A DNA stretch of 37,378 bases. Origin: a virus. The DNA lies in IMG/VR virus record IMGVR_UViG_3300010234_000030, positions 1 to 37,378 of that record, one strand, 5' to 3'. The position numbers and the translations under genes are program-made. Each line of letters starts with the position of its first letter. The first letter of the stretch is position 1. A model generated the notes under the pieces. The model was given only the letters and a program-made list of their open reading frames with translations, did no database searches and was not told where the DNA came from. Below are positions 30,183-36,972 of this stretch, in pieces.

Positions 30183-30194
30183 TAACATAGTATA
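30183..30194 (-). repeat. 12-mer TATACTATGTTA (sense), exact copy 3 of 3
   Basis: The + strand TAACATAGTATA lies in the 46-nt gap between stop 30209 and ATG 30162. Confidence 0.8.
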
Positions 30195-30208
30195 AAAAAC
30201 ATTGAAAC

Positions 30209-30436
30209 CTAATCGTCTTCAATGCATTTACTTACTGAACTCCAATAAATGCAATTACCATCTAGTTCAACTATTATTTCAATTACATTTAGAACAATTC
30301 TTTCTTCATCTGTAAATGTGGTTGCGTCTAAATTATCTGTAGTATTTGTTCTTTGATGGTTTTCAATGCATTGAGCAAACTTATTTTTTAATAAATTAGC
30401 CTGTTGTACTGGATCTAAATTATAGTTTATTTTCAT
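30209..30436 (-). CDS. Hypothetical protein
   Basis: 75-aa ORF downstream of a promoter-like element. Confidence 0.5.
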   Translation of the reverse strand: MKINYNLDPVQQANLLKNKFAQCIENHQRTNTTDNLDATTFTDEERIVLNVIEIIVELDGNCIYWSSVSKCIEDD

Positions 30437-30512
30437 TTTTATTACATTTTACAACAACGCATATAAATAAAATCTATTATTCGCTTAATCCGTTGTTTGT
30501 TTAATATTTATT

Positions 30513-30540
30513 CAAAGTTATTGCTTTTTAATGGATTCAA
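30513..30540 (-). promoter_or_regulatory. Candidate promoter (- strand): TTG-N17-TAACTTTG
   Basis: The + strand CAAAGTTA (30513-30520) is a perfect TAnnTTTG -7 box. CAA at 30538-30540 gives a -33 TTG at 17-nt spacing. The element lies about 75 nt upstream of ATG 30436. Confidence 0.4.
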
Positions 30541-30557
30541 TTCATATACAAATCACG

Positions 30558-31223
30558 TTATAGTTTTACCTGTTTCTTAGCACTCCCATAAAGAGTTTTA
30601 TTCTTGTTAATCGCTGCATTGTAATACTTATCTACGTTTTCTAAAAAGTGAGTAGGCATTGTTATCATAGCATCAAATAACTGTTCTTGCTCAAATAAGC
30701 CGTGTATAGCCGTTTTAATTTGTTCTATGGTGTATGTGTCCACCATTCTATTAAAGTTGCTTAAAACGAATATAGGAAGCTTTAGAATGTGTGTTTCGAG
30801 TCCTCTATAAACCTTTCTTGCGTTACTCCAAGTTTCTAAGAACTCTTTTTCAGAACATTTTTTATCTATAGTAATAGATTTATCTATTATCTCACTATCA
30901 CTTACACTAACCCTTACACTAACGGCATCTTTCGCATCCGTTTGTATGCGGTCGCATACGTTCGCATTATTTTTATTCCATCGCTTTAGTGCGTTTGCCT
31001 TGTTTTGCTCTCGCTTTTCTTCCCATTTTTTTAAATCTCTCTTTAGTGTAGCTTTGATTTGAGCGAATGCAACATTGATTAATATGTCGTCTGTTTCTGG
31101 ATTCTCATCATTGACATAAGAAAGTAAATGTTTTACCAATTGACCTGCTTTTTCATTTGGCAATGAATCAAATGTTTCTTTCCAGTCGCAATAGGCTGTA
31201 AATGACTTTTTATCCTTTGCCAT
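30558..31223 (-). CDS. Replication-associated protein (replisome-organizer/DnaD-like, putative)
   Basis: 221 aa. The N-terminus is SFTAYCDWKETFDSLPNEKAGQLVKHLLSYVND ... FAQIKATLKRDLKKWEEKRE. The C-terminal FLETWSNARKVY... resembles conserved phage replication-protein C-termini. Assignment by impression only. Confidence 0.35.
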   Translation of the reverse strand: MAKDKKSFTAYCDWKETFDSLPNEKAGQLVKHLLSYVNDENPETDDILINVAFAQIKATLKRDLKKWEEKREQNKANALKRWNKNNANVCDRIQTDAKDAVSVRVSVSDSEIIDKSITIDKKCSEKEFLETWSNARKVYRGLETHILKLPIFVLSNFNRMVDTYTIEQIKTAIHGLFEQEQLFDAMITMPTHFLENVDKYYNAAINKNKTLYGSAKKQVKL

Positions 31224-31443
31224 CTTGCCCCCCCCTTTCTTCTTTAGTTATTTTGTTTATTTCGGTTCGGAGTGTTTTAGCAAATTTTATCGCTGTTGAC
31301 TTATCTAAATATATTGATGAAACACTATGGTATGATTTAACAGTAATCAGTATCTCATCACATAAATCTTCTTTGAAATTAATAACAGATATGTATCTAT
31401 CTTGTTCTTCCGAGTCAATAAATTTTAAATCTATTTTTGCCAT
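31210..31443 (-). CDS. Hypothetical protein (start at ATG 31443)
   Basis: 77 aa from MAKIDLKFIDSEEQDRY. The track's upstream extension to 31530 is hydrophobic and overlaps inverted repeats. Confidence 0.5.
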   Translation of the reverse strand: MAKIDLKFIDSEEQDRYISVINFKEDLCDEILITVKSYHSVSSIYLDKSTAIKFAKTLRTEINKITKEERGGQDGKG

Positions 31444-31450
31444 AATAATA

Positions 31451-31540
31451 AAGGTTTTAAGATACCAGTAAACTATTAAGTTAATACAAAAAACCTTACA
31501 AATCAAGTAGCTTTCCACGTCTACTGTCATTGTAAGGTTT
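31451..31540 (-). promoter_or_regulatory. Mutually exclusive stem pairings in the 5' leader of the 31443 gene
   Basis: The segment 31490-31501 (AAAACCTTACAA) can pair either with 31451-31458 (AAGGTTTT, 8 bp) or with 31530-31540 (TTGTAAGGTTT, 11 bp). The 8-bp partner lies 7 nt from the ATG. Confidence 0.35.
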
Positions 31541-31645
31541 ATGTTAATTTCTTTAAGTTGCTATGATGTGGAAAGGCAACTACAATGCAATATAGTAAAA
31601 ATATATTTAACTATTAAACATATTCTCTATTTTTTTGTTCTGTTT

Positions 31646-31673
31646 TTAAAGTGGTCGAATTTGACCACTTTAA
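31646..31673. promoter_or_regulatory. Perfect 11-bp-arm palindrome (hairpin or operator)
   Basis: TTAAAGTGGTC (31646-31656) is followed by GAATTT and then GACCACTTTAA (31663-31673). No adjacent U-run follows on the - strand, so it is not a classic terminator. Confidence 0.45.
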
Positions 31674-31753
31674 CTATTGTTTTTATCAGTAGGCATAACA
31701 TATAAAATGTAAATAGTATTGTTGCCCATTTAAGTATAATGTGTATCATAGTT

Positions 31754-32353
31754 TTAGTTTTTAGTCCATTGTTCCGCCATAGCTTTGGCAATTCCTGGAT
31801 ATGTTTTACTTCTTAATTTTGATCTGTCATTTGTTTTGGGTAGAAGATGAACTCTCTGCTCTCTTCCGTTTACAATATTTGTCGGCTGTAATTTTGGCAT
31901 ATTCCTTAACCATAAGCAAGTAGCTTTAGTTTCTCCGTGTCCAAATTGCCAAGGCTGTATCACCTGGTCTGGTTTTCTAAATCTTGTACTCATAACCCCT
32001 ATTGGGTTCTCTATTGCTACTTTTGTTATTTTACAGTTGTAAAGTCTCATAAAAAACAAAATCGCTTCTTCCCTCGCTGCTCGTCTTTCTGCGCCTACCA
32101 AAACACCGCTTTTTCTTGCAGGTTGATCCTTATACCATTTATTAGCGCTTACTGTTAAATATGTACAAGTTGGGAAAAAGATGCCCATATCCCAATCTTT
32201 CATTTCTATTGCGTCAAACACATCTGACTTTAAATGCCATTCTGGGTGTCCACCACTACATTCTTGCAAGTCACAAGAATATGCCTCGTGTCCTAATTTT
32301 CTTAATTCTATTGTTACAGCCTGACTCTCTTCGCATCCTACTAATATTTTCAT
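31754..32353 (-). CDS. C5-cytosine DNA methyltransferase-like protein, atypical motif I
   Basis: 199 aa. It has FFPTCTYLT (PC-motif-like catalytic Cys), AIENPIG (ENV-like), TKATCLWLRNMPKL, and RSKTYPGIAKAMAEQW (motif X-like). The N-terminus reads MKILVGCEESQ instead of FxGxG. Confidence 0.45.
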   Translation of the reverse strand: MKILVGCEESQAVTIELRKLGHEAYSCDLQECSGGHPEWHLKSDVFDAIEMKDWDMGIFFPTCTYLTVSANKWYKDQPARKSGVLVGAERRAAREEAILFFMRLYNCKITKVAIENPIGVMSTRFRKPDQVIQPWQFGHGETKATCLWLRNMPKLQPTNIVNGREQRVHLLPKTNDRSKLRSKTYPGIAKAMAEQWTKN

Positions 32354-32364
32354 AGTTTTAGTTT

Positions 32365-32871
32365 TTAAAAAGTTAATCCTATTTTAGTAAATCCAGAGTT
32401 TCTAAAGTATGGCACTATGTCACTATCCCATACTCTTCCATCGGTTCTGCGATCCCTGGTTAATTCGATTCCTAAATACAACCCGTTACCAAAGTAGTAT
32501 TCGATACCTGTTTCAAATCCATAAGTAGGGAAAGGCGTGCCATCCCTGAATATAGTACCTGCTTTCATACCTGCGTAAATCCTCCATTCTTCAAATCTAG
32601 TATGATGGTTAAATCCTACCGATGCCGTGTAATCAAAGTAGTTCTTTCCTCTTAACTCTGGAAAGGCGAATAACTGGGCTTTGAAATACATTACAGTCAT
32701 TTGATACTCTACGCCTAAGCCGATGTTAAAACCATCTTTTAGTGTTGCGTTAGGGTCTACCTTTGCGAATGCTGCAAATCTTTTGTCTTGCGCTTCTGCT
32801 GTCTTTAATCCTATGAATAGAAATGTTACTATTAGTATTGATAGGGTTATTATTTTATTTGTTTTTTTCAT
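32365..32871 (-). CDS. Outer-membrane beta-barrel protein (small OmpX/Lom/OMP_b-brl-like)
   Basis: The signal peptide is MKKTNKIITLSILIVTFLFIGLKTAEA|QD. About 8 amphipathic strands follow (FNIGLGVEYQM, WRIYAGMKAGTIF, YGFETGIEYYF, LYLGIELT). The C-terminus is GFTKIGLTF, ending in Phe. Confidence 0.6.
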   Translation of the reverse strand: MKKTNKIITLSILIVTFLFIGLKTAEAQDKRFAAFAKVDPNATLKDGFNIGLGVEYQMTVMYFKAQLFAFPELRGKNYFDYTASVGFNHHTRFEEWRIYAGMKAGTIFRDGTPFPTYGFETGIEYYFGNGLYLGIELTRDRRTDGRVWDSDIVPYFRNSGFTKIGLTF

Positions 32872-32883
32872 TTGTTTTCGTTT

Positions 32884-33096
32884 TTAACGTTTTCTAAAAA
32901 TTCCTTCTAATTTTTCAATCATAAAGTAAAAAGCCATACCACTATAAAACCCTTGGCCTAATTCATTTACACCTAAATGATAAGTCAATGCATAAACAAT
33001 CATCGATGTAACAATAGAAATTGCGTATTGGGCTACACGAGATATAATATTATTTATTGAAAATGCTTTTTTAATATGCTTTTTTAATTCTTTCAT
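32884..33096 (-). CDS. Small two-TM membrane protein, first gene of the leftward arm
   Basis: 70 aa. It has the hydrophobic segments VAQYAISIVTSMIVYALTY and GFYSGMAFYFMI. Confidence 0.5.
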   Translation of the reverse strand: MKELKKHIKKAFSINNIISRVAQYAISIVTSMIVYALTYHLGVNELGQGFYSGMAFYFMIEKLEGIFRKR

Positions 33097-33218
33097 TTGT
33101 TTTCCTTTTGTCCTTGTGTTAATCTTGATTTTGGTTTTTTCTCTACTAGTGTTTTCATAATTTATTTGTTTTGTCTTTTGGTTCTTATTTTCATCTTTAT
33201 ATATTTTGTTTTGTTCAA

Positions 33219-33250
33219 CAAAGGTATGTCAAATAAATGGATTATACAAA
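33219..33250 (-). promoter_or_regulatory. Leftward promoter candidate: TTTG-N20-TACCTTTG
   Basis: The + strand CAAAGGTA (33219-33226) is the -7 box and CAAA (33247-33250) is the -33 box, with a 20-nt spacer. This implies a leader of about 115 nt before ATG 33096. Confidence 0.45.
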
Positions 33251-33349
33251 TATATTTTATTTACGAATATTTTTATTCTATTATTTTGTAGTGTTTACAG
33301 TACTTAACAAAGATTATTATTTTTTACAGTGAAATTATTTATACAATAT

Positions 33350-33381
33350 TTTGGTTTATACCGTATAAAAACATATCTTTG
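33350..33381 (+). promoter_or_regulatory. Rightward promoter candidate: TTTG-N20-TATCTTTG
   Basis: TTTG at 33350-33353 and TATCTTTG at 33374-33381 lie 27 nt upstream of ATG 33408. Together they match the Bacteroidota sigma-A consensus TTTG / TAnnTTTG. Confidence 0.55.
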
Positions 33382-33407
33382 TCTTGTCGAACCAAACAAC
33401 AATTATT

Positions 33408-33740
33408 ATGGATGATAAAATATTTAATATATTGATGAAAAAATTACAATGTGTTAATTGGTGTAAGGGTGAAATAGCTTTTGACGCTAAACACGAAAAC
33501 TATTCAATATCATTTGGAGAGGTTAAGGACGATTCTGTAGATATGATTATAGAGATTTCAGAATTTGGGGCAGATATAGATGGTCTTTGGGTTAATATGA
33601 CACCATCGGACAATCAATACTCATATATGGTTTTGCAAATAGATATGAAGTATGAAGAACTAGAACCAGAAAATACCTGCGAACCTTTTACTATGATAGA
33701 TTACACTCACTTTGAGTCTTTAATATTTAATTCAAACTAA
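33408..33740 (+). CDS. Highly acidic small protein, first gene of the rightward arm
   Basis: 110 aa from ATG 33408 (track TTG 33384 lies inside or next to the promoter). It has about 23 Asp+Glu against 7 Lys and no Arg. Confidence 0.55.
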   Translation: MDDKIFNILMKKLQCVNWCKGEIAFDAKHENYSISFGEVKDDSVDMIIEISEFGADIDGLWVNMTPSDNQYSYMVLQIDMKYEELEPENTCEPFTMIDYTHFESLIFNSN

Positions 33741-33751
33741 AACTAAAAAAA

Positions 33752-34141
33752 ATGAAACTATTTAAGAATTTAATAACACTTACTTTATCACTATTATTTT
33801 TAACATCTTGCAATGATTCAAGAAACGTATATCCAAAATACACTATTGTAAAAATTGAATATATACCTGATTCTTTAAAGGTAGATCATAGAGTGTGGAT
33901 AACGGAAACCATTCGTTCCGCCAGTCAACATATGACAGGAGGGGATTATGAAGATGTAGACGCAACCATTAGGCAAGCAAAATGGACTGCTGATGATTTG
34001 TTTAGTGTGAGTGTGATAGGTTTAAGAAAAGAAATAAATGATAATTACTTTGACGACTTGAAACTTAAACCATCAGAACTAAATAAATATGAATTTAATA
34101 TTCTTGATAGTTTAAAGAATGTATCTAATAAAAAAATATGA
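33752..34141 (+). CDS. Lipoprotein
   Basis: MKLFKNLITLTLSLLFLTSC|NDS shows a signal peptide with a lipobox Cys. 129 aa. Confidence 0.65.
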   Translation: MKLFKNLITLTLSLLFLTSCNDSRNVYPKYTIVKIEYIPDSLKVDHRVWITETIRSASQHMTGGDYEDVDATIRQAKWTADDLFSVSVIGLRKEINDNYFDDLKLKPSELNKYEFNILDSLKNVSNKKI

Positions 34142-34347
34142 AAGCAACAGGAACAGCAAAAGACAGAAATAACAACCTTATTGTAATAAGCAAATCAAAA
34201 CCTAATCCTCTTTTATGTAAGCTTATTGAAGATAAGTTTAATGAGTATAAAGATTTTTGGAATCACCACGATAGACTAGAGCTATATAATTTAGCTATTG
34301 AATACGGGTTAGTTGAGTTGGGTAAGAAATTAAAAAACAGAATATAA
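34138..34347 (+). CDS. Hypothetical protein
   Basis: 69-aa ORF with a 4-nt overlap with the upstream gene. Confidence 0.5.
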   Translation: MKATGTAKDRNNNLIVISKSKPNPLLCKLIEDKFNEYKDFWNHHDRLELYNLAIEYGLVELGKKLKNRI

Positions 34348-34348
34348 A

Positions 34349-34612
34349 ATGAGTAAACACAAAGAACTATCAAGCAAATGGGCTGTATTAAAGTTTGGCG
34401 TTAAAACTATGGTTAAAAATGATCCTAGTACACCAACACAGCAAACCATAAACAACATATTATCCAATGAAAACTACCAGGGAGTAGAAACTATGCAAAA
34501 CATTATTGACAGCATAGAACGTAATTCAAAGCTTCTACAGATAGATGTTGATATGATGAATGACAAGATACTTAAAATGAATGTTGTTGACAGTGTTGTT
34601 GTTAAGGGGTAA
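34349..34612 (+). CDS. Hypothetical protein
   Basis: 87-aa ORF that starts 1 nt after the upstream stop. Confidence 0.5.
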   Translation: MSKHKELSSKWAVLKFGVKTMVKNDPSTPTQQTINNILSNENYQGVETMQNIIDSIERNSKLLQIDVDMMNDKILKMNVVDSVVVKG

Positions 34613-34667
34613 CGGACGAGTACAACAATAGTAGCGTTAATTAATAAATAAACTTAATAAATATAAA

Positions 34668-35003
34668 ATGGATATTACAGAATTAACAAAATGGGTTGTA
34701 GATAGAGGTGATGACTTATATTCTTTAGATAAGCAAGTGCAATTTAAACAGAAGTTAAAAAAATACTTTGATGAGCAAGAATACGATGCTCTTAAAAGAG
34801 ATAGTTATGATTTGCAAAAGATGAAAAATAAAGTACAAGCAATTTGCTTAAAAACCTATGTAGATGAAGATGATATGCAAAGGCATTGCGATAACGACAT
34901 AAAGAAACCTTGTGAAGTAAAAATATACCATAAAGGTAGAAAATATTGGGTAGTACCTCAATATGTAGACGAAGAATACTATAAGATAGTTGATAGTTAC
35001 TAA
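34668..35003 (+). CDS. Hypothetical protein
   Basis: 111-aa ORF followed by two hairpins, the second of which is a terminator. Confidence 0.55.
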   Translation: MDITELTKWVVDRGDDLYSLDKQVQFKQKLKKYFDEQEYDALKRDSYDLQKMKNKVQAICLKTYVDEDDMQRHCDNDIKKPCEVKIYHKGRKYWVVPQYVDEEYYKIVDSY

Positions 35004-35055
35004 CACTCGTTAAATGTATTCTAGGAGGTAATACAATAGAGTGTTAGTAATGTAG

Positions 35056-35092
35056 ATATGCTGTTTGTATCTATATGAACAGCATATTTTTT
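35056..35092 (+). terminator. Rho-independent terminator (+ strand)
   Basis: A 10-bp stem, ATATGCTGTT (35056-35065) with AACAGCATAT (35078-35087), encloses a 12-nt loop and is followed by a TTTTTT run. Confidence 0.7.
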
Positions 35093-35135
35093 ACTATTAG
35101 TTGTTGTAATATTAGGATATTAATACATTTAGTTG

Positions 35136-35143
35136 TATATTTG
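35136..35143 (+). promoter_or_regulatory. Candidate -7 box TATATTTG
   Basis: A perfect TAnnTTTG lies 24 nt upstream of ATG 35167, just after the terminator. I saw no well-spaced -33 box. Confidence 0.35.
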
Positions 35144-35166
35144 ATTAACTTTAAAACTGAAACGAA

Positions 35167-35610
35167 ATGAAAAAACTAGAATTAAAATACTTAGCTCCTT
35201 ATTTACCTTATGGTATTACTTTTAAAATTAATATGTATGATTTCTATACTAAAGAACTTGCAGGGTATAAATTGCGAACATTAAGAATGTATAATATATC
35301 TCAATGTCTTGACGATGGAATCATAGTATTAAGGCCTCTATCTGACTTAACTAAAGAAATACGCATAGATGACCGTGTTACATTAATGTTTATGAAGGAC
35401 TACTTCGTTATAAGTCAATATGATGAAGATGTATTTTTTTTAAATGGAACTATTCCAGATTACTGGAAGTCAATGTTAAATATGCTTAATTCTGGTGACT
35501 ATAAACATCTTGATTATTGGATTTTAGATAAATTATTTGAATGGCATTTCGACGTATTCGGACTAATAGAAAAAGGACTAGCAGTTAACTATAATGAAGT
35601 ACACAAATGA
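35167..35610 (+). CDS. Hypothetical protein
   Basis: 147-aa ORF (LKYLAPYLPYGITF ... LFEWHFDVFGLIEKGLAVN). It resembles a widespread phage family of unknown function. Confidence 0.55.
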   Translation: MKKLELKYLAPYLPYGITFKINMYDFYTKELAGYKLRTLRMYNISQCLDDGIIVLRPLSDLTKEIRIDDRVTLMFMKDYFVISQYDEDVFFLNGTIPDYWKSMLNMLNSGDYKHLDYWILDKLFEWHFDVFGLIEKGLAVNYNEVHK

Positions 35611-35720
35611 AAACAGCTGCAATAGTATTATTAATAGCAAGTAACTTAATAACCTTTGTTTTTTTGTTGCACGTTATTATACAGAATAAAAACGATCAAG
35701 ACTTTTACGACAAACTTTAA
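35607..35720 (+). CDS. Micro membrane protein (37 aa, not in ORF track)
   Basis: The ATG at 35607 overlaps the upstream TGA as ATGA (MKTAAIVLLIASNLITFVFLLHVIIQNKNDQDFYDKL). Confidence 0.35.
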   Translation: MKTAAIVLLIASNLITFVFLLHVIIQNKNDQDFYDKL

Positions 35721-35741
35721 AAACTAAACAGATGATTACAG

Positions 35742-36293
35742 ATGATTATAGATGATTTATCAATTCCTTTAACTATCGACCAGATAGATTTTAGAATACA
35801 AAGCATAAACAATGGGAAATACGCAACCATACTGGCTTATAAGGACGCTAGGGTGGATATGGACAGGCTTGATGTTGTTTGTGGTAAAACGAACTGGAAA
35901 AGGGAGCATAGCAACAACAACGCGAACTGTACTGTATCTATATGGGATGAAGAAAAAAAACAATGGGTATCAAAAGAAGATACAGGAACAGAGAGCTACA
36001 CAGAATCGAAAAAAGGATTAGCTTCTGATTCTTTTAAAAGAGCTTGTTTTAATTGGGGAATAGGAAGGGAGCTTTACGAATACCCTGTTATTTCAATAAA
36101 ATTAAATGACGACGAAGTAATTTCTACAGGTAGTGAAAGACCTAAGTACAAAGCGTCTTATAATCTAAAATTGAATGATTGGAATTGGGCTTCTGAATTT
36201 AATAATAATGGCGAATTGGTTGCTTTGGCTTGTAAAGATGATAAAGATAAAGTAAGATTTGTATTTGGTAAATTTACACCTAAAGCAAAATAA
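35742..36293 (+). CDS. Rad52/Sak-family single-strand annealing protein
   Basis: IDFRIQSINNGKYATILAYKDARVDMDRLDVVCGKTNWKREH ... KKGLASDSFKRACFNWGIGRELYEYP matches Rad52/Sak hallmark segments (AYIDAR..MDRLD...G..NW; SDAFKRA...WGIGR.LY). Confidence 0.8.
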   Translation: MIIDDLSIPLTIDQIDFRIQSINNGKYATILAYKDARVDMDRLDVVCGKTNWKREHSNNNANCTVSIWDEEKKQWVSKEDTGTESYTESKKGLASDSFKRACFNWGIGRELYEYPVISIKLNDDEVISTGSERPKYKASYNLKLNDWNWASEFNNNGELVALACKDDKDKVRFVFGKFTPKAK

Positions 36294-36295
36294 CT

Positions 36296-36511
36296 ATGAA
36301 ACTACTAAACGTATCTTTTGAAATAGAAAACGATTTGCAAGAGTATAACCTTAGAAACACTCTTGAAGCAATGGGGGGAAAGTATTTAAAGACTCTTCCG
36401 TGTACCGATCACCTAAAAGACGATAAGAAGTTCAAAGCTCTTAAAAAGTCTGCTAAACTAGCTAAGAACAACCAACACGATTATGTTAATAGGAATAGGG
36501 TTAATGAATAA
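36296..36511 (+). CDS. Hypothetical protein
   Basis: 71-aa ORF that starts 2 nt after the SSAP stop. Confidence 0.5.
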   Translation: MKLLNVSFEIENDLQEYNLRNTLEAMGGKYLKTLPCTDHLKDDKKFKALKKSAKLAKNNQHDYVNRNRVNE

Positions 36512-36571
36512 CGTTGAATTGTATGAATAGTTGCGTTGAATTAGAATTAACTTAAAAAATAAACCTTAAAA

Positions 36572-36871
36572 ATGAAAGACCTTAATAAATTAAGCAAAAA
36601 AGAATTAATTACAGAACTAACATTTGTTAATAAAGTCTATGAAGTAGTGGTTAAAGCAAATAAAGAACTTGAAAAGCAATTATTTATACAAAGTGTTAGC
36701 CACTGTTTTTTTTATGATAACGAACTGAACCATATTAGACAATGGTTTAATACAACTATAGACCAAAACCAAGATAAAGAAATTGAAAAAACAGAATGGG
36801 AATTAGCCTTAAAAATACACAAATACCTTAATATAACTCCTGAAAATAGGATAGTTAAAAATTGTGGCTAA
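36572..36871 (+). CDS. Hypothetical protein
   Basis: 99-aa ORF with an N-terminal coiled coil. Confidence 0.5.
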   Translation: MKDLNKLSKKELITELTFVNKVYEVVVKANKELEKQLFIQSVSHCFFYDNELNHIRQWFNTTIDQNQDKEIEKTEWELALKIHKYLNITPENRIVKNCG

Positions 36872-36972
36872 CGTTGAGCTTATGATTAGTGGCTATGATA
36901 AGCCGAAAGACTGAATTATTAACAGACCCTTTTTCTTTTATTTTTTGAGCGAGGGCAAATTACGATAGTAAA

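Noticed and set aside
29052-32355. + strand ORFs 29052..29261, 31202..31471, 31937..32158, 32161..32355
   Set aside because: They are antisense to - strand replication and methylase-like genes and have hydrophobic, low-complexity products. No + strand promoter or neighbouring + genes are present.
33097-33291. 64-aa + strand ORF in the divergent intergenic region
   Set aside because: Its extremely Phe/Leu/Ile-rich translation comes from T-rich spacer DNA. It uses a non-ATG start and overlaps the predicted leftward promoter and leader.
35769-36021. ORFs 35769..35963 (-) and 35812..36021 (+, alternative frame) inside the SSAP gene
   Set aside because: Both are fully embedded in the well-supported Rad52/Sak-like coding frame. 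Their products are basic and low-complexity.
36512-36972. Short repeats after + strand stop codons (TAACGTTGAATT..GCGTTGAATT at 36510-36555; TAACGTTGAGCTTATGAT..GGCTATGATAAGCC at 36869-36905) as a regulatory motif family
   Set aside because: There are only two or three loosely similar instances, with short stems (6 bp or less) and no U-runs. This is not enough to separate them from chance in AT-rich spacers.
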